Positions 46,520-54,794 of a stretch of DNA of 64,000 nucleotides are shown here, in pieces. The translations under genes were made by a program, and so were the position numbers. The DNA comes from Gemmatimonadales bacterium (GTDB lineage: Bacteria; Gemmatimonadota; Gemmatimonadetes; Gemmatimonadales; GWC2-71-9), in contig DATEGE010000147.1 of the NCBI GenBank assembly GCA_035280265.1, positions 7,135 through 71,134 of the forward strand, read 5' to 3'. The stretch's first letter is position 1. Each line of letters begins with the position of its first letter. Below the pieces are notes generated by a model. The model searched no databases. It was given only the letters and a program-made list of their open reading frames with translations, and had not been told where the DNA came from.

Positions 46520-47107
46520 ATGTTCGGCTATGACTGGCCCCGATTTCACGCGGCGGTAAACGACCTCCCTGCCGCGCTGCTCTTCGTGACCGTGTTGTTC
46601 GACCTCGGCGCCTGGCTCACCAAGCGCGAGTCGCTCAAGGCGGCCGCCCTGTGGACGCTGTGGGCCGGCGTGGTGGGGGGCTGGGTGGCGGTGATCGCCG
46701 GCCTGCAGGCCGAAGACGTCATCGAGCACGGCGAGGCGATTCATGAGCTGATGGAGACGCACGAGACGCTGGCCCTCACCACCATGGGGCTCTTCACCGT
46801 TGTGCTGGGGTGGAAGCTCGTCCGTCGCGCCAAGCTCTCAGGTCTCGAGGAAGCGGCCCTGCGGGTCCTGAGCCTCGCGGGATTCGTGACCGTCCTGTGG
46901 ACCGGGGTCGTAGGAGGGAAGATGGTCTTCGAGCACGCGGCCGGCAGCTCCACGGCGACCTTGTGGGCGGAGCTCAAGGACCGCCAGGCGGCGCACCATC
47001 ATCACCCCGGCGAGGCGGAGGGAGCGGAAGAAGAGCACGAGCATGCGGACTCCACGAAAACCGCCGGACACACGCATCCCCCAGGCACGCCGCCGCATAA
47101 ACACTAA
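46520..47107 (+). CDS. DUF2231-like membrane protein with a His-rich C-terminus
   Basis: It has 4 TM segments and the N-terminal HAAVNDLPAALLFVTVLFDL. The tail is AAHHHHPGEAEGAEEEHEHADSTKTAGHTHPPGTPPHKH. Confidence 0.55.
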   Translation: MFGYDWPRFHAAVNDLPAALLFVTVLFDLGAWLTKRESLKAAALWTLWAGVVGGWVAVIAGLQAEDVIEHGEAIHELMETHETLALTTMGLFTVVLGWKLVRRAKLSGLEEAALRVLSLAGFVTVLWTGVVGGKMVFEHAAGSSTATLWAELKDRQAAHHHHPGEAEGAEEEHEHADSTKTAGHTHPPGTPPHKH

Positions 47108-47204
47108 TGCGGAACGCGGAATGCGGAACGCGGAACAGAAGTACGCACGTCGCTGCGCGTGAACCTGACTTGCTGTTCCGCGTTCCCCACTCCGCGTTCC
47201 GCGT
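47107..47204. repeat. hairpin with GCGGAAC heptamer arms
   Basis: ATGCGGAACGCGGAATGCGGAACGCGGAACAG (47107-38) faces CTGTTCCGCGTTCCCCACTCCGCGTTCCGCGT (47173-204). 29 of 32 positions are complementary, with a 34-nt loop. Confidence 0.8.
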
Positions 47205-47664
47205 TTGTCTTCTGCTCGCCGCCTGCACTCCCATTACCACTCGCCCCGACTTTCGCCCCGATCCCCGCGCGCTGGTCGTGATCCTGAACGCGCGGCCCGA
47301 GCGGGTCACTCTCGGGATCGACAGCCTGGTGCCCGCCGAGAGTCTCGAGGTGGAGCGGTTCAACGTGCGCGACGGCTACGTGGAGACGGTATGGTACGAT
47401 CAGCAGGCCCGTCGCGCGCGACATCACGAGCGCGACATCGTGGACTTGAGCGCCACCATGAAGATCCGCTTCTGGGCGGACCCCTGGGTACCGGGGCAGA
47501 CCCGTCTCACCGTCGAGCCGGTGTATCGCCCGCGCATAGATCCGTCGCGTGGCGAGCGGGACTTAGAGGTGATCCTGTCGAAGGACGATGAGGGTTACAA
47601 GATCGCGCAGAAGCTGGTCGACAAGCTGAAACAGCGCTTCGGCGTCCCCAAGGCAGCTCAGTAG
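47170..47664 (+). CDS. hypothetical lipoprotein
   Basis: This is part of ORF 47107..47664. The only in-frame start before the lipobox LLLAAC (Cys codon 47224-26) is TTG 47170. I recognise no domain. Confidence 0.5.
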   Translation: MLFRVPHSAFRVCLLLAACTPITTRPDFRPDPRALVVILNARPERVTLGIDSLVPAESLEVERFNVRDGYVETVWYDQQARRARHHERDIVDLSATMKIRFWADPWVPGQTRLTVEPVYRPRIDPSRGERDLEVILSKDDEGYKIAQKLVDKLKQRFGVPKAAQ

Positions 47665-48503
47665 GCGGCGCCCCCAGCGCCCCCCGCGCACCCGCTCACC
47701 CAACCCTTGACCCAGCGCTCCATCAGGTCCAGGTCGAGCATCGCATCCCGGCACGGTCCGTTGGGGAGCCGCATCGTGAGGCCGAGGACGGGCAGCCGCC
47801 CCGCGACATCGCGCAGGCCGGTCATCATGTCCCGTTCACACGCCACCGCGACCACAGCGCGCGGCCGGCGCTCGCGAATAACCCGGCGCGCGAGCTGTCC
47901 GCGCGTGGCGACGAATACCGGCACCTCGTAGCGACCGGCGATGGCCAGCACGCCGTCCAGTGCTTGCTTCGACAGGCAGCGTGGGATGAGCACCAGCAGC
48001 TCGCCCTTGCCTACCTGGCGGTCGCGCCGCTCCGCGAGCCGGTTGTAGACGTCGATGGCCGCATGCTCCACCCAGTCCCGCCGGCCGAACACGCGAGAGA
48101 CATGAGAGGTCAAGCTCATCAGCCGGAGATAGGGCCCCCGCTCGAGCCACCCTTCCGGGAGCAACAGGACGCCTCCGTAAAAGGAAAGCAACAAGACGGC
48201 GAACCACACCCAGCTCGCCATCGCCGCCGCTCCGAGCGTCAACCACACCAGACGTGGCAGCCCCGACCATACCGTGTTGATCCGCGGCGCCAGCAGGAAG
48301 ATGAGCGCCGCGACCGCCGCCATCGCGAGACCGAGAGTCAGTGCGGCGAATCGGAAAAACAGCCCCGCGGGCGCCGAGAAGTCGCCGTTCGCCGGCAGCG
48401 GCCGACCGTCCCACTCGTCCCATTCATGCCCGAGCCGGCGGTCGGTTTCGATGTGGATGAGCTGAGCGCGCGGAGCCGCGTCGGTGGCCATAGACCGAGT
48501 CAA
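47658..48503 (-). CDS. DUF116 family membrane protein
   Basis: N-terminal TM helices are followed by LLVLIPRCLSK...AVVAVACERDMMTGL...NGPCRD, a pattern typical of DUF116. Confidence 0.6.
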   Translation of the reverse strand: MTRSMATDAAPRAQLIHIETDRRLGHEWDEWDGRPLPANGDFSAPAGLFFRFAALTLGLAMAAVAALIFLLAPRINTVWSGLPRLVWLTLGAAAMASWVWFAVLLLSFYGGVLLLPEGWLERGPYLRLMSLTSHVSRVFGRRDWVEHAAIDVYNRLAERRDRQVGKGELLVLIPRCLSKQALDGVLAIAGRYEVPVFVATRGQLARRVIRERRPRAVVAVACERDMMTGLRDVAGRLPVLGLTMRLPNGPCRDAMLDLDLMERWVKGWVSGCAGGAGGAAY

Positions 48504-48548
48504 GCATCACTTGCGCCCCTGACCGTGTCAAGCGCAAAAGGGTGCGAA

Positions 48549-50207
48549 ATGCGCAGTGTGCCGTACGCGGTAGCTTTCAGATGCCACCGCGCACCGCGTA
48601 CGCTCTTGAAACCGACCCCCGATCTGTTGACCGACCTGCGCACCCGCGCCGCCTACTCGGAGGGCGCGGGCATTTATCGCATCGTGCCGGCCGCAGTCGC
48701 GCAGCCCCGAGATGTGGAGGAGCTGCAACGCCTCGTCCGCTGGGCGAGTGAGACCGGCACATCGCTGGTCCCGCGCGGCGCCGGCAGCGGGATGGTGGGC
48801 GGGAACGTCGGCCGCGGCGTCGTCGTCGACCTCAGCGCGGGCTTCCATGGCAGTACACCCGACTGGGCCAACCGGAAGCTCTGGGCCGGCGCGTCGGTGA
48901 CGTGGGGCGAGGTGACGAGTGCGGCGCACGCGGTCGGCTTGCGCGTGGCTCCCGATCCGTCATCGGGCGCGTTCGCGACATCGGGTGGAATGACGGCCAC
49001 GAACGCGGCCGGTCCCCGCTCGGTGCGGCACGGCAGCGTGCGGCGCTCGATCGCGGCGGTCGACGTCGTCGGCGCGGACGGAGAAGCCCGCCGAGTCACC
49101 CGGGGAGGGGGAGGGGGAAGCATGGGGCGGTTCGTCCTGTCCGCCGACCACCGCCGGCTCATCGAGGCCCGCTTCCCGAAGACGCACAAGAACTCGGCGG
49201 GCTACGCGCTCGACCGCTTCGCCGAGTCGGGCGACGAGCTCGACCTGCTGATCGGATCCGAGGGCACGCTGGCGTTCGTCACGGCGGTCGAGTGGCGGCT
49301 CGAACCCATTCCGACCGACATCGCCGGGGCCGCGCTGGGGTTCACATCCCTGGACGAGCTCGCCGATTGCATTCCTTACCTCGTCGGCTTGAGCCCGTCC
49401 GCCGTGGAGCTGCTCGACCGTACCCTGCTCGAGATCGTGCGCGACTCCGAGGCGGGCGCCACCATCGGCCTCCCCGACGGCCTCGAAGGCTTGTTGCTCG
49501 TCGAGTTCGAGCGCGAAACTGCTGCGGCCGCGCGCGGCGCAGTCGGCGACGCGGTGCGCGGTGTCCGCTCCAGCGCCGCGCACGTGGCAACCGCTGTCGA
49601 CCGTGCGGGGCTGGAAATTCTGTGGGCGATCCGCCGCCTGGCGAGCCCCGCCTTGGCCAGGCTCTCGGAGAGCCGCCGTTCGCTGCAGGTCATCGAGGAT
49701 GGGTGCGTGCCCCTCGAACGTCTGTCGCAGTACGTCGCGGGGATCCGGGCAGCGGCCGCGAGACGTGGGATCGGGGTGGCGATCTTCGGGCACGCGGGGG
49801 ACGGCCACGTGCACGTGAACGCGCTCCCGGACGTGACCGCCGCAGGCTGGCGGGACGCGCTCGGGGCGCTGTACGACGACGCTGTGGAGCTGCTGCTCCG
49901 ACTGCAGGGAACACCCAGCGGAGAGCACGGGGTAGGGCGGCTGCGAGCGGGCGTGCTGGAGCGGTTCTACGGATCGGCGGTGATGGCGCTGTTCCGCGAC
50001 CTGAAGCGGGCGTACGATCCGCGCGGCATCCTCAATCCCGGTGTTATAATCCCGTCGGCCGATTGGGCGCCGCTCGCCGACCTCAAGGTCGGCCCGGACG
50101 CGGCGCCCATTCCCGGCGACGTCGCGCGCCGCCTGCGGGAGGTCGAGCGAACCGCCGGCTGGGCGACACCAAAGGTCGACCTCACTACCCCAGCCCCTAG
50201 GCCCTAG
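48549..50207 (+). CDS. FAD-linked oxidase (GlcD / D-lactate dehydrogenase family)
   Basis: This is part of ORF 47964..50207, starting at ATG 48549. The FAD-binding motif is LVPRGAGSGMVGGNV, and the C-terminal region is GEHGVGRLR...KRAYDPRGILNPGV. Confidence 0.8.
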   Translation: MRSVPYAVAFRCHRAPRTLLKPTPDLLTDLRTRAAYSEGAGIYRIVPAAVAQPRDVEELQRLVRWASETGTSLVPRGAGSGMVGGNVGRGVVVDLSAGFHGSTPDWANRKLWAGASVTWGEVTSAAHAVGLRVAPDPSSGAFATSGGMTATNAAGPRSVRHGSVRRSIAAVDVVGADGEARRVTRGGGGGSMGRFVLSADHRRLIEARFPKTHKNSAGYALDRFAESGDELDLLIGSEGTLAFVTAVEWRLEPIPTDIAGAALGFTSLDELADCIPYLVGLSPSAVELLDRTLLEIVRDSEAGATIGLPDGLEGLLLVEFERETAAAARGAVGDAVRGVRSSAAHVATAVDRAGLEILWAIRRLASPALARLSESRRSLQVIEDGCVPLERLSQYVAGIRAAAARRGIGVAIFGHAGDGHVHVNALPDVTAAGWRDALGALYDDAVELLLRLQGTPSGEHGVGRLRAGVLERFYGSAVMALFRDLKRAYDPRGILNPGVIIPSADWAPLADLKVGPDAAPIPGDVARRLREVERTAGWATPKVDLTTPAPRP

Positions 50208-50213
50208 CCCCTA
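50188..50213. repeat. CCCYAGS heptamer x4 spanning the oxidase stop and the thyX start
   Basis: The sequence is CCCCAGC CCCTAGG CCCTAGC CCCTATG. It contains the TAG stop (50205-07) and runs into ATG 50213. Confidence 0.55.
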
Positions 50214-50965
50214 TGGAAGTCTTCCGTGGTCCGCGCGTCACCCTCATCGCCCGGCCCGAGTTCCTCGAGCCCGAGCACCTGCGGGTCGAGTGGCAGGGCA
50301 CCGCCTCGGCCGGAGAGCGGCTCGCCGAGTTCGCGGGCCGGATCTGTTACATGAGTCAGCACAACCCGGCGAGCCGTACCACGGTCGACTACCTCGAGAA
50401 CATCAAGAAGCAGGGCCACGGGTCGGTGCTGGAGCACGCCGTGTACGTGCTGTTGATCGAAGGGATCTCGCGTTCCTGCTCCCACGAGCTGGTGCGGCAT
50501 CGGGCAGGCTTCGGGTACTCGCAGCTGTCGCAGCGGTACGTCGACGAATCGCACGCCGCCTTCGTCGTGCCACCGGCGATCCTCGGCGATGCAACGCTCG
50601 AAGCCGATTGGGAGAAGGAGATGGCCGACGCGCAGGCCGCGTACGTGCGCGCCGTTGAGGCGTTGATGCAACGCTACCAGTGGATCACCGACAAGGTGCA
50701 CCGCCGCAAGATGTCGCGCGAAGCGGCACGCAGCGTTCTGCCCAACGCCACCGAAGTGAAGATCGTCGTCTCGGCCAACGCGCGTGCCTGGCGCACCATG
50801 CTCGAGCTGCGCTGTGGCGAAGGCGCTGAGCTCGAGATCCGTCGCATGGCAATCGCGTGTCTGCGCGTGCTGCAGCGCGAGGCGTCAGCGCTCTTCTCCG
50901 ATTTCACGATCTACGTCGCCGACGACAAACAAGAGGCCGCGCGCGTCGCGTACCACAAAGTCTGA
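50213..50965 (+). CDS. thyX: flavin-dependent thymidylate synthase
   Basis: It carries the ThyX motif ELVRHRAGFGYSQLSQRY. Confidence 0.9.
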   Translation: MEVFRGPRVTLIARPEFLEPEHLRVEWQGTASAGERLAEFAGRICYMSQHNPASRTTVDYLENIKKQGHGSVLEHAVYVLLIEGISRSCSHELVRHRAGFGYSQLSQRYVDESHAAFVVPPAILGDATLEADWEKEMADAQAAYVRAVEALMQRYQWITDKVHRRKMSREAARSVLPNATEVKIVVSANARAWRTMLELRCGEGAELEIRRMAIACLRVLQREASALFSDFTIYVADDKQEAARVAYHKV

Positions 50966-50978
50966 CGTCGTGCATTCG

Positions 50979-51029
50979 AAAAAAAATCCGCGTTTCCCTA
51001 TTGCGCATCGCTGCGGCGTTCCTTATTCT
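50979..51029 (+). promoter_or_regulatory. putative sigma-70-type promoter with an upstream A-tract for the ATP-grasp/GNAT/kamA operon
   Basis: It comprises an A8 tract (50979-86), TTGCGC (51001-06), a 17-nt spacer and TATTCT (51024-29). It is one of the few AT-rich islands in the window. Confidence 0.5.
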
Positions 51030-51056
51030 CTACTCCACACCTCGTTTCGATTCACA

Positions 51057-51079
51057 GACCGCACGAGCGGCCTTTTTTT
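51057..51079 (+). terminator. short hairpin plus T7 run in the operon leader (attenuator-like, or the thyX terminator)
   Basis: GACCGC-acga-GCGGCC is followed by TTTTTTT (51073-79). A T7 run is rare in this GC-rich sequence. Confidence 0.4.
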
Positions 51080-51100
51080 GTGGAGGTCACCCGAGACCAA

Positions 51101-52171
51101 ATGCGAATCGGTCTCGCATACAACGAAAAACCCGATCCCGCGTCCCACCGAGCAGCCGACACCACCAACGACGCGTTTGCCGAGTGGGACGACCCATCGA
51201 CCATCGCCGCGGTGGAGCAGGCTCTCGGTCTCTTCGGCACCGTCATCCGGCTCGAAGCCGACCAGTCGCTCCCACAAAAGCTCTCGCACACTCGTCCCGA
51301 TCTCGTCTTCAACATGGCGGAGGGCTTTCGCGGCCAGAGCCGTGAGGCGCTCGTCCCCGCGATCTGCGAGTACCTCAACGTCCCCTACACCGGCTCCGAC
51401 CCGCTGACCTTGGCGCTGTCGCTCCACAAGGGGCGCACCAAGGAGACCCTGGCGTTCCGCGGCGTGCCCACGGCGCCGTTCGCCTGCGCCGAAACGGTCG
51501 AGGACCTGGAGCGCGTGGCACTGCCGTTCCCGGTGTTCGTGAAGCCGGTGGCCGAAGGCTCCGGCAAGGGCGTGTTCACGAGCAATCTCTGCACCACGCC
51601 GCAGTCGCTGCGGGAGCGAGTCCGGTTCCTGCTGGGGCGGTACGCCGAGCCCGTGCTGATCGAGACCTACCTGCCGGGACAGGAGTTCACCGTCGCGATC
51701 CTCGGCAACGGGGCCGAGGCGTACGCCCTACCCGTGATCGGGTTCGATTTCTCGACGCTGCCCCCTGGAGCCCCGCCGGTCTACGGGTACGAGGCCAAGT
51801 GGGTGTGGGACCGCCCAGACGCGCCACTCGCCATCTTCCAGTGCCCGGCCCGCGTACCGACCGCGCTGTACCGCGAGGTCGAGCGCACCGCGTTGGACGC
51901 GTATCTCGCGCTCGGCTGCCGGGACTGGTGCCGCGTCGACCTGCGCGTGGATCGGTTCGGCGTCCCCAATATCCTCGAGCTGAACCCACTGCCCGGGATC
52001 ATCCCCGACCCGGCGATGAACTCGTGCTTCCCCAAGGCGGCTCGGGCCGCGGGCTTCAGCTACGACGAGCTGATTCAGGAAGTGGTGCGGATTGCGTGGC
52101 GGCGCCTCACGGGGCGGGATCTTTCCGTCGAAGCCGCCTCGCCAGTGCAGTTGGCGGCAACACGCGCGTGA
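51101..52171 (+). CDS. ATP-grasp ligase, D-alanine--D-alanine ligase-like (paralogue 1)
   Basis: ORF 51080..52171, likely starting at MRIGLAYNEK. Motifs are DLVFNMAEGF, GSDPLTLALSLHKGRTKE, FPVFVKPVAEGSGKGV, VLIETYLPGQEFTV and RVDLRVD...ILELNPLPG. Confidence 0.8.
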   Translation: MRIGLAYNEKPDPASHRAADTTNDAFAEWDDPSTIAAVEQALGLFGTVIRLEADQSLPQKLSHTRPDLVFNMAEGFRGQSREALVPAICEYLNVPYTGSDPLTLALSLHKGRTKETLAFRGVPTAPFACAETVEDLERVALPFPVFVKPVAEGSGKGVFTSNLCTTPQSLRERVRFLLGRYAEPVLIETYLPGQEFTVAILGNGAEAYALPVIGFDFSTLPPGAPPVYGYEAKWVWDRPDAPLAIFQCPARVPTALYREVERTALDAYLALGCRDWCRVDLRVDRFGVPNILELNPLPGIIPDPAMNSCFPKAARAAGFSYDELIQEVVRIAWRRLTGRDLSVEAASPVQLAATRA

Positions 52172-53187
52172 AAGTCGTCGTCCTGTACGACCCCGGAGCC
52201 GAGGACTGGACGCCCGAAGATATCCGCGGCGTCATGAAGGCCGTCGACGAGATCGCCGCCATCTTCGCCGCCATGGGCCACGAGGTCCGCCGGGTCCCCG
52301 TCCGCCACGACATGCGCTGGTTCCAGACCGCGCGCCGCGCCGATCTCGTGTTCAACCTGTGCGAAGGCGTGCACGGCAGGAGTGAGTGGGAGGAGCACGT
52401 CGTGGGAACGCTCGAGTTCGCAGGCATTCCCGTCACGGGAGCGAGCCTCTGGACGCTGGCGGCGTGCCGTCGCAAGCCGATCGCCAACGCGCTGCTGCAG
52501 CAGGCCGGGCTGCCCATCCCGCGCTGGACCCTGGCGCAGGGAAGGATCGAGGACGACTTCCCGTTACCCGCCATCGTCAAGCCGGCCGCCGAGGACGCGA
52601 GCGCGGGCCTCGACCGCGGCTCCGTCGTGAGCGACCGCAAGGCGCTGCGCGCCCGCGTCGCGGCGATGACGGAGCAGTTCGACGAGGTCCTCGTCCAGGA
52701 GTACGTGGGCGGCCGCGAGTTCAACGTCGGCTTCGTGGGCGGCCGCGCGCTCCCCGTGGCGGAGATCGACTTCAGTCGCATGCCCGAGGGCGCGTGGCCG
52801 ATCCTGACGTACGCGGGCAAGTGGGAGATCGGCTCGCCCGACGACCTGGGCTCCGTGCCCCAATGCCCCGCCGCCATCCCGCAGAAGGTCGCCGACCGGC
52901 TCATCCGCCTCGCCGAGCTCGCGTGGCGGGTGATGCAGGGGAAGGGATACGCGCGCGTCGACCTGCGGGTGGACGACCAGGGCCGGCCGTGGATCCTCGA
53001 GGTCAACCCCAACCCCGACCTGAACGACGACGCCGGCTTGTCCCGCATGGCTCGAGCCGCGGGGTGGGACTACGCCGAGCTGGTGCGGCGGATCGCCGAG
53101 GTGGCGCTCCGCGAAGCGCAGGGCGCCAAGGCGGCGCGTGAGCTGCTCGCTCCGTCCCGTCGGCCGCGCGCAACGCGCACGGCTTGA
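52168..53187 (+). CDS. ATP-grasp ligase, D-alanine--D-alanine ligase-like (paralogue 2)
   Basis: The GTG start overlaps the upstream TGA (GTGA). The sequence begins VKVVVLYDPG. Motifs are DLVFNLCEGV, LPAIVKPAAEDASAGL, VLVQEYVGGREFNV and RVDLRVDDQGRPWILEVNPNPD. Confidence 0.8.
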   Translation: MKVVVLYDPGAEDWTPEDIRGVMKAVDEIAAIFAAMGHEVRRVPVRHDMRWFQTARRADLVFNLCEGVHGRSEWEEHVVGTLEFAGIPVTGASLWTLAACRRKPIANALLQQAGLPIPRWTLAQGRIEDDFPLPAIVKPAAEDASAGLDRGSVVSDRKALRARVAAMTEQFDEVLVQEYVGGREFNVGFVGGRALPVAEIDFSRMPEGAWPILTYAGKWEIGSPDDLGSVPQCPAAIPQKVADRLIRLAELAWRVMQGKGYARVDLRVDDQGRPWILEVNPNPDLNDDAGLSRMARAAGWDYAELVRRIAEVALREAQGAKAARELLAPSRRPRATRTA

Positions 53188-53638
53188 GCGGCTCACGGCC
53201 GCCACCGACCTGTTCCGGTCGGAAGAGGTCGCGATCGCCGTGGAGCTGCTCGACGACGCCCTCGCCGGCGACGACGACTATCGGTTCCTCGGCGCGTTCC
53301 TGGGCGACGAGCTCGTGGGCTACGCCTGCTGGGGCCCCACGCCGGGCACGGTCGGGACCTTCGACCTCTACTGGATCGTCGTCGACCCGGCGCGCCAAGG
53401 CACGGGCGTGGGCACGCAGCTCCTCAAGGCGGTCGAGGATCAACTGACGACGGACGACGGACGATTGATTGTCGTCGAGACGTCATCCCGCGCACCGTAC
53501 GCGCCGACGCGCGCCTTCTACGAGCGACGCGGCTACGTCGAAGCCGCCCGGCTTCCCGGGTACTACGCCCCCGGCGACGACTTGGTGATCTACCTCAAGG
53601 ACCTGAAGCATGACGTACTGGCAAGAGCTACTGCGTAA
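53138..53638 (+). CDS. GNAT N-acetyltransferase
   Basis: GTG 53138 lies 50 nt inside the preceding ORF. Motifs are WIVVDPARQGTGVGTQLLKAVE (acetyl-CoA site) and FYERRGY. Confidence 0.8.
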   Translation: MSCSLRPVGRAQRARLERLTAATDLFRSEEVAIAVELLDDALAGDDDYRFLGAFLGDELVGYACWGPTPGTVGTFDLYWIVVDPARQGTGVGTQLLKAVEDQLTTDDGRLIVVETSSRAPYAPTRAFYERRGYVEAARLPGYYAPGDDLVIYLKDLKHDVLARATA

Positions 53639-54689
53639 GAAGAGCATCGCCTCGCTCGACGCGCTGGCCGCGAGGTTCGGACCGGAGCATTTCCCGGACC
53701 TGGACCGGCTGCGTCAGGCAGCGGAGAACTTCGAGTTCCGCATCTCCCCCGCCATGGTGGACCTCATCCAGGCGCCGGGCGACCCCATCTGGCGGCAGTA
53801 CGTGCCCGACCTCCAGGAGCTCGAGGTGCACGACGGCCTGGTGGACTCGCTCGCGGAAGACGCCAACTCCCCGGTGCCGAACATCACCCATCGCTACCCC
53901 GATCGGGCGCTCTTCCTCGTGTCGCCGGTCTGCGCTGCCTACTGCCGCTTCTGCACGCGCCGGCGCAAGGTGGCCGATCCCGAGAAAATTTCCCTGGCGG
54001 AGCTCGAGTCGGCGTTCCGCTACCTCGAGGAACACGTCGAGATCCGCGACGTCATCATGTCCGGGGGCGATCCGCTGCTCCTCTCCGACCGCCGGATCGA
54101 CGAGATCTGCCGGCGGCTGCGCGCCATCCCGCATATCGAGATCATCCGGATCGGGAGCCGCGTGCCCTGCCACCTGCCGGAGCGGATCACACCCGCGCTA
54201 TGCGCGATCCTCAAGCGCTACCATCCGATCTACATCAATACGCACTTCAACCACTCCCTCGAGCTCACCCCCGCCGCGGTGAAAGCCCTCGGCATGCTGG
54301 CCGACGCCGGCATTCCCCTCGGCTGCCAGACCGTGTTGTTGAAGGGTGTGAACGACGATCCCGAAGTCATGAAGCAGCTGATGCAGCGTCTGCTCGCGGC
54401 ACGCGTCCGGCCGTACTACATCTATATGTGTGATCAGGTGGCAGGCGCGGAGCATTTCCGCACGACCGTCGAGAAGGGCCTGGAGATCATTAGGGCGCTG
54501 CGCGGGTGGACCTCCGGGCTGGCCGTTCCCCATTTCGTGATCGACGCACCCGGGGGCGGAGGCAAGATTCCGCTCCTACCGGAGTACGTTGAGTCGATTA
54601 CCGACGACGCCGTCGTGCTCAAGAACTACGCGGGCAAACGCTATGTGTATCGACAGCCAGCCGCACACCGAGGAGTGCTCGTGGGCTGA
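53610..54689 (+). CDS. kamA: lysine 2,3-aminomutase family radical-SAM enzyme, short form (359 aa)
   Basis: Motifs are SPVPNITHRYPDRALFLVSPVCAAYCRFCTRR (CxxxCxxC), SGGDPL, YYIYMCDQVAGAEHFR and HFVIDAPGGGGKIPL. It ends about 40 aa after the GGGGK motif. Confidence 0.85.
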   Translation: MTYWQELLRKKSIASLDALAARFGPEHFPDLDRLRQAAENFEFRISPAMVDLIQAPGDPIWRQYVPDLQELEVHDGLVDSLAEDANSPVPNITHRYPDRALFLVSPVCAAYCRFCTRRRKVADPEKISLAELESAFRYLEEHVEIRDVIMSGGDPLLLSDRRIDEICRRLRAIPHIEIIRIGSRVPCHLPERITPALCAILKRYHPIYINTHFNHSLELTPAAVKALGMLADAGIPLGCQTVLLKGVNDDPEVMKQLMQRLLAARVRPYYIYMCDQVAGAEHFRTTVEKGLEIIRALRGWTSGLAVPHFVIDAPGGGGKIPLLPEYVESITDDAVVLKNYAGKRYVYRQPAAHRGVLVG

Positions 54690-54794
54690 TTGGCGGCCTC
54701 GCTGTGGCGTGGACGCAACGATTCCGTTGGCAGTGTCGCATTTTCACCCTGTGATGTCGCAAACGCACCCTGACCGGCCGCTGGCCCGCGGGAC

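Noticed and set aside
49095-49125. A GGGGAG x3 tract inside the FAD oxidase gene (encoding GGGGGS), considered as another member of the heptamer families.
   Set aside because: It is too short, has no inverted partner, and is compatible with an ordinary Gly-rich loop.
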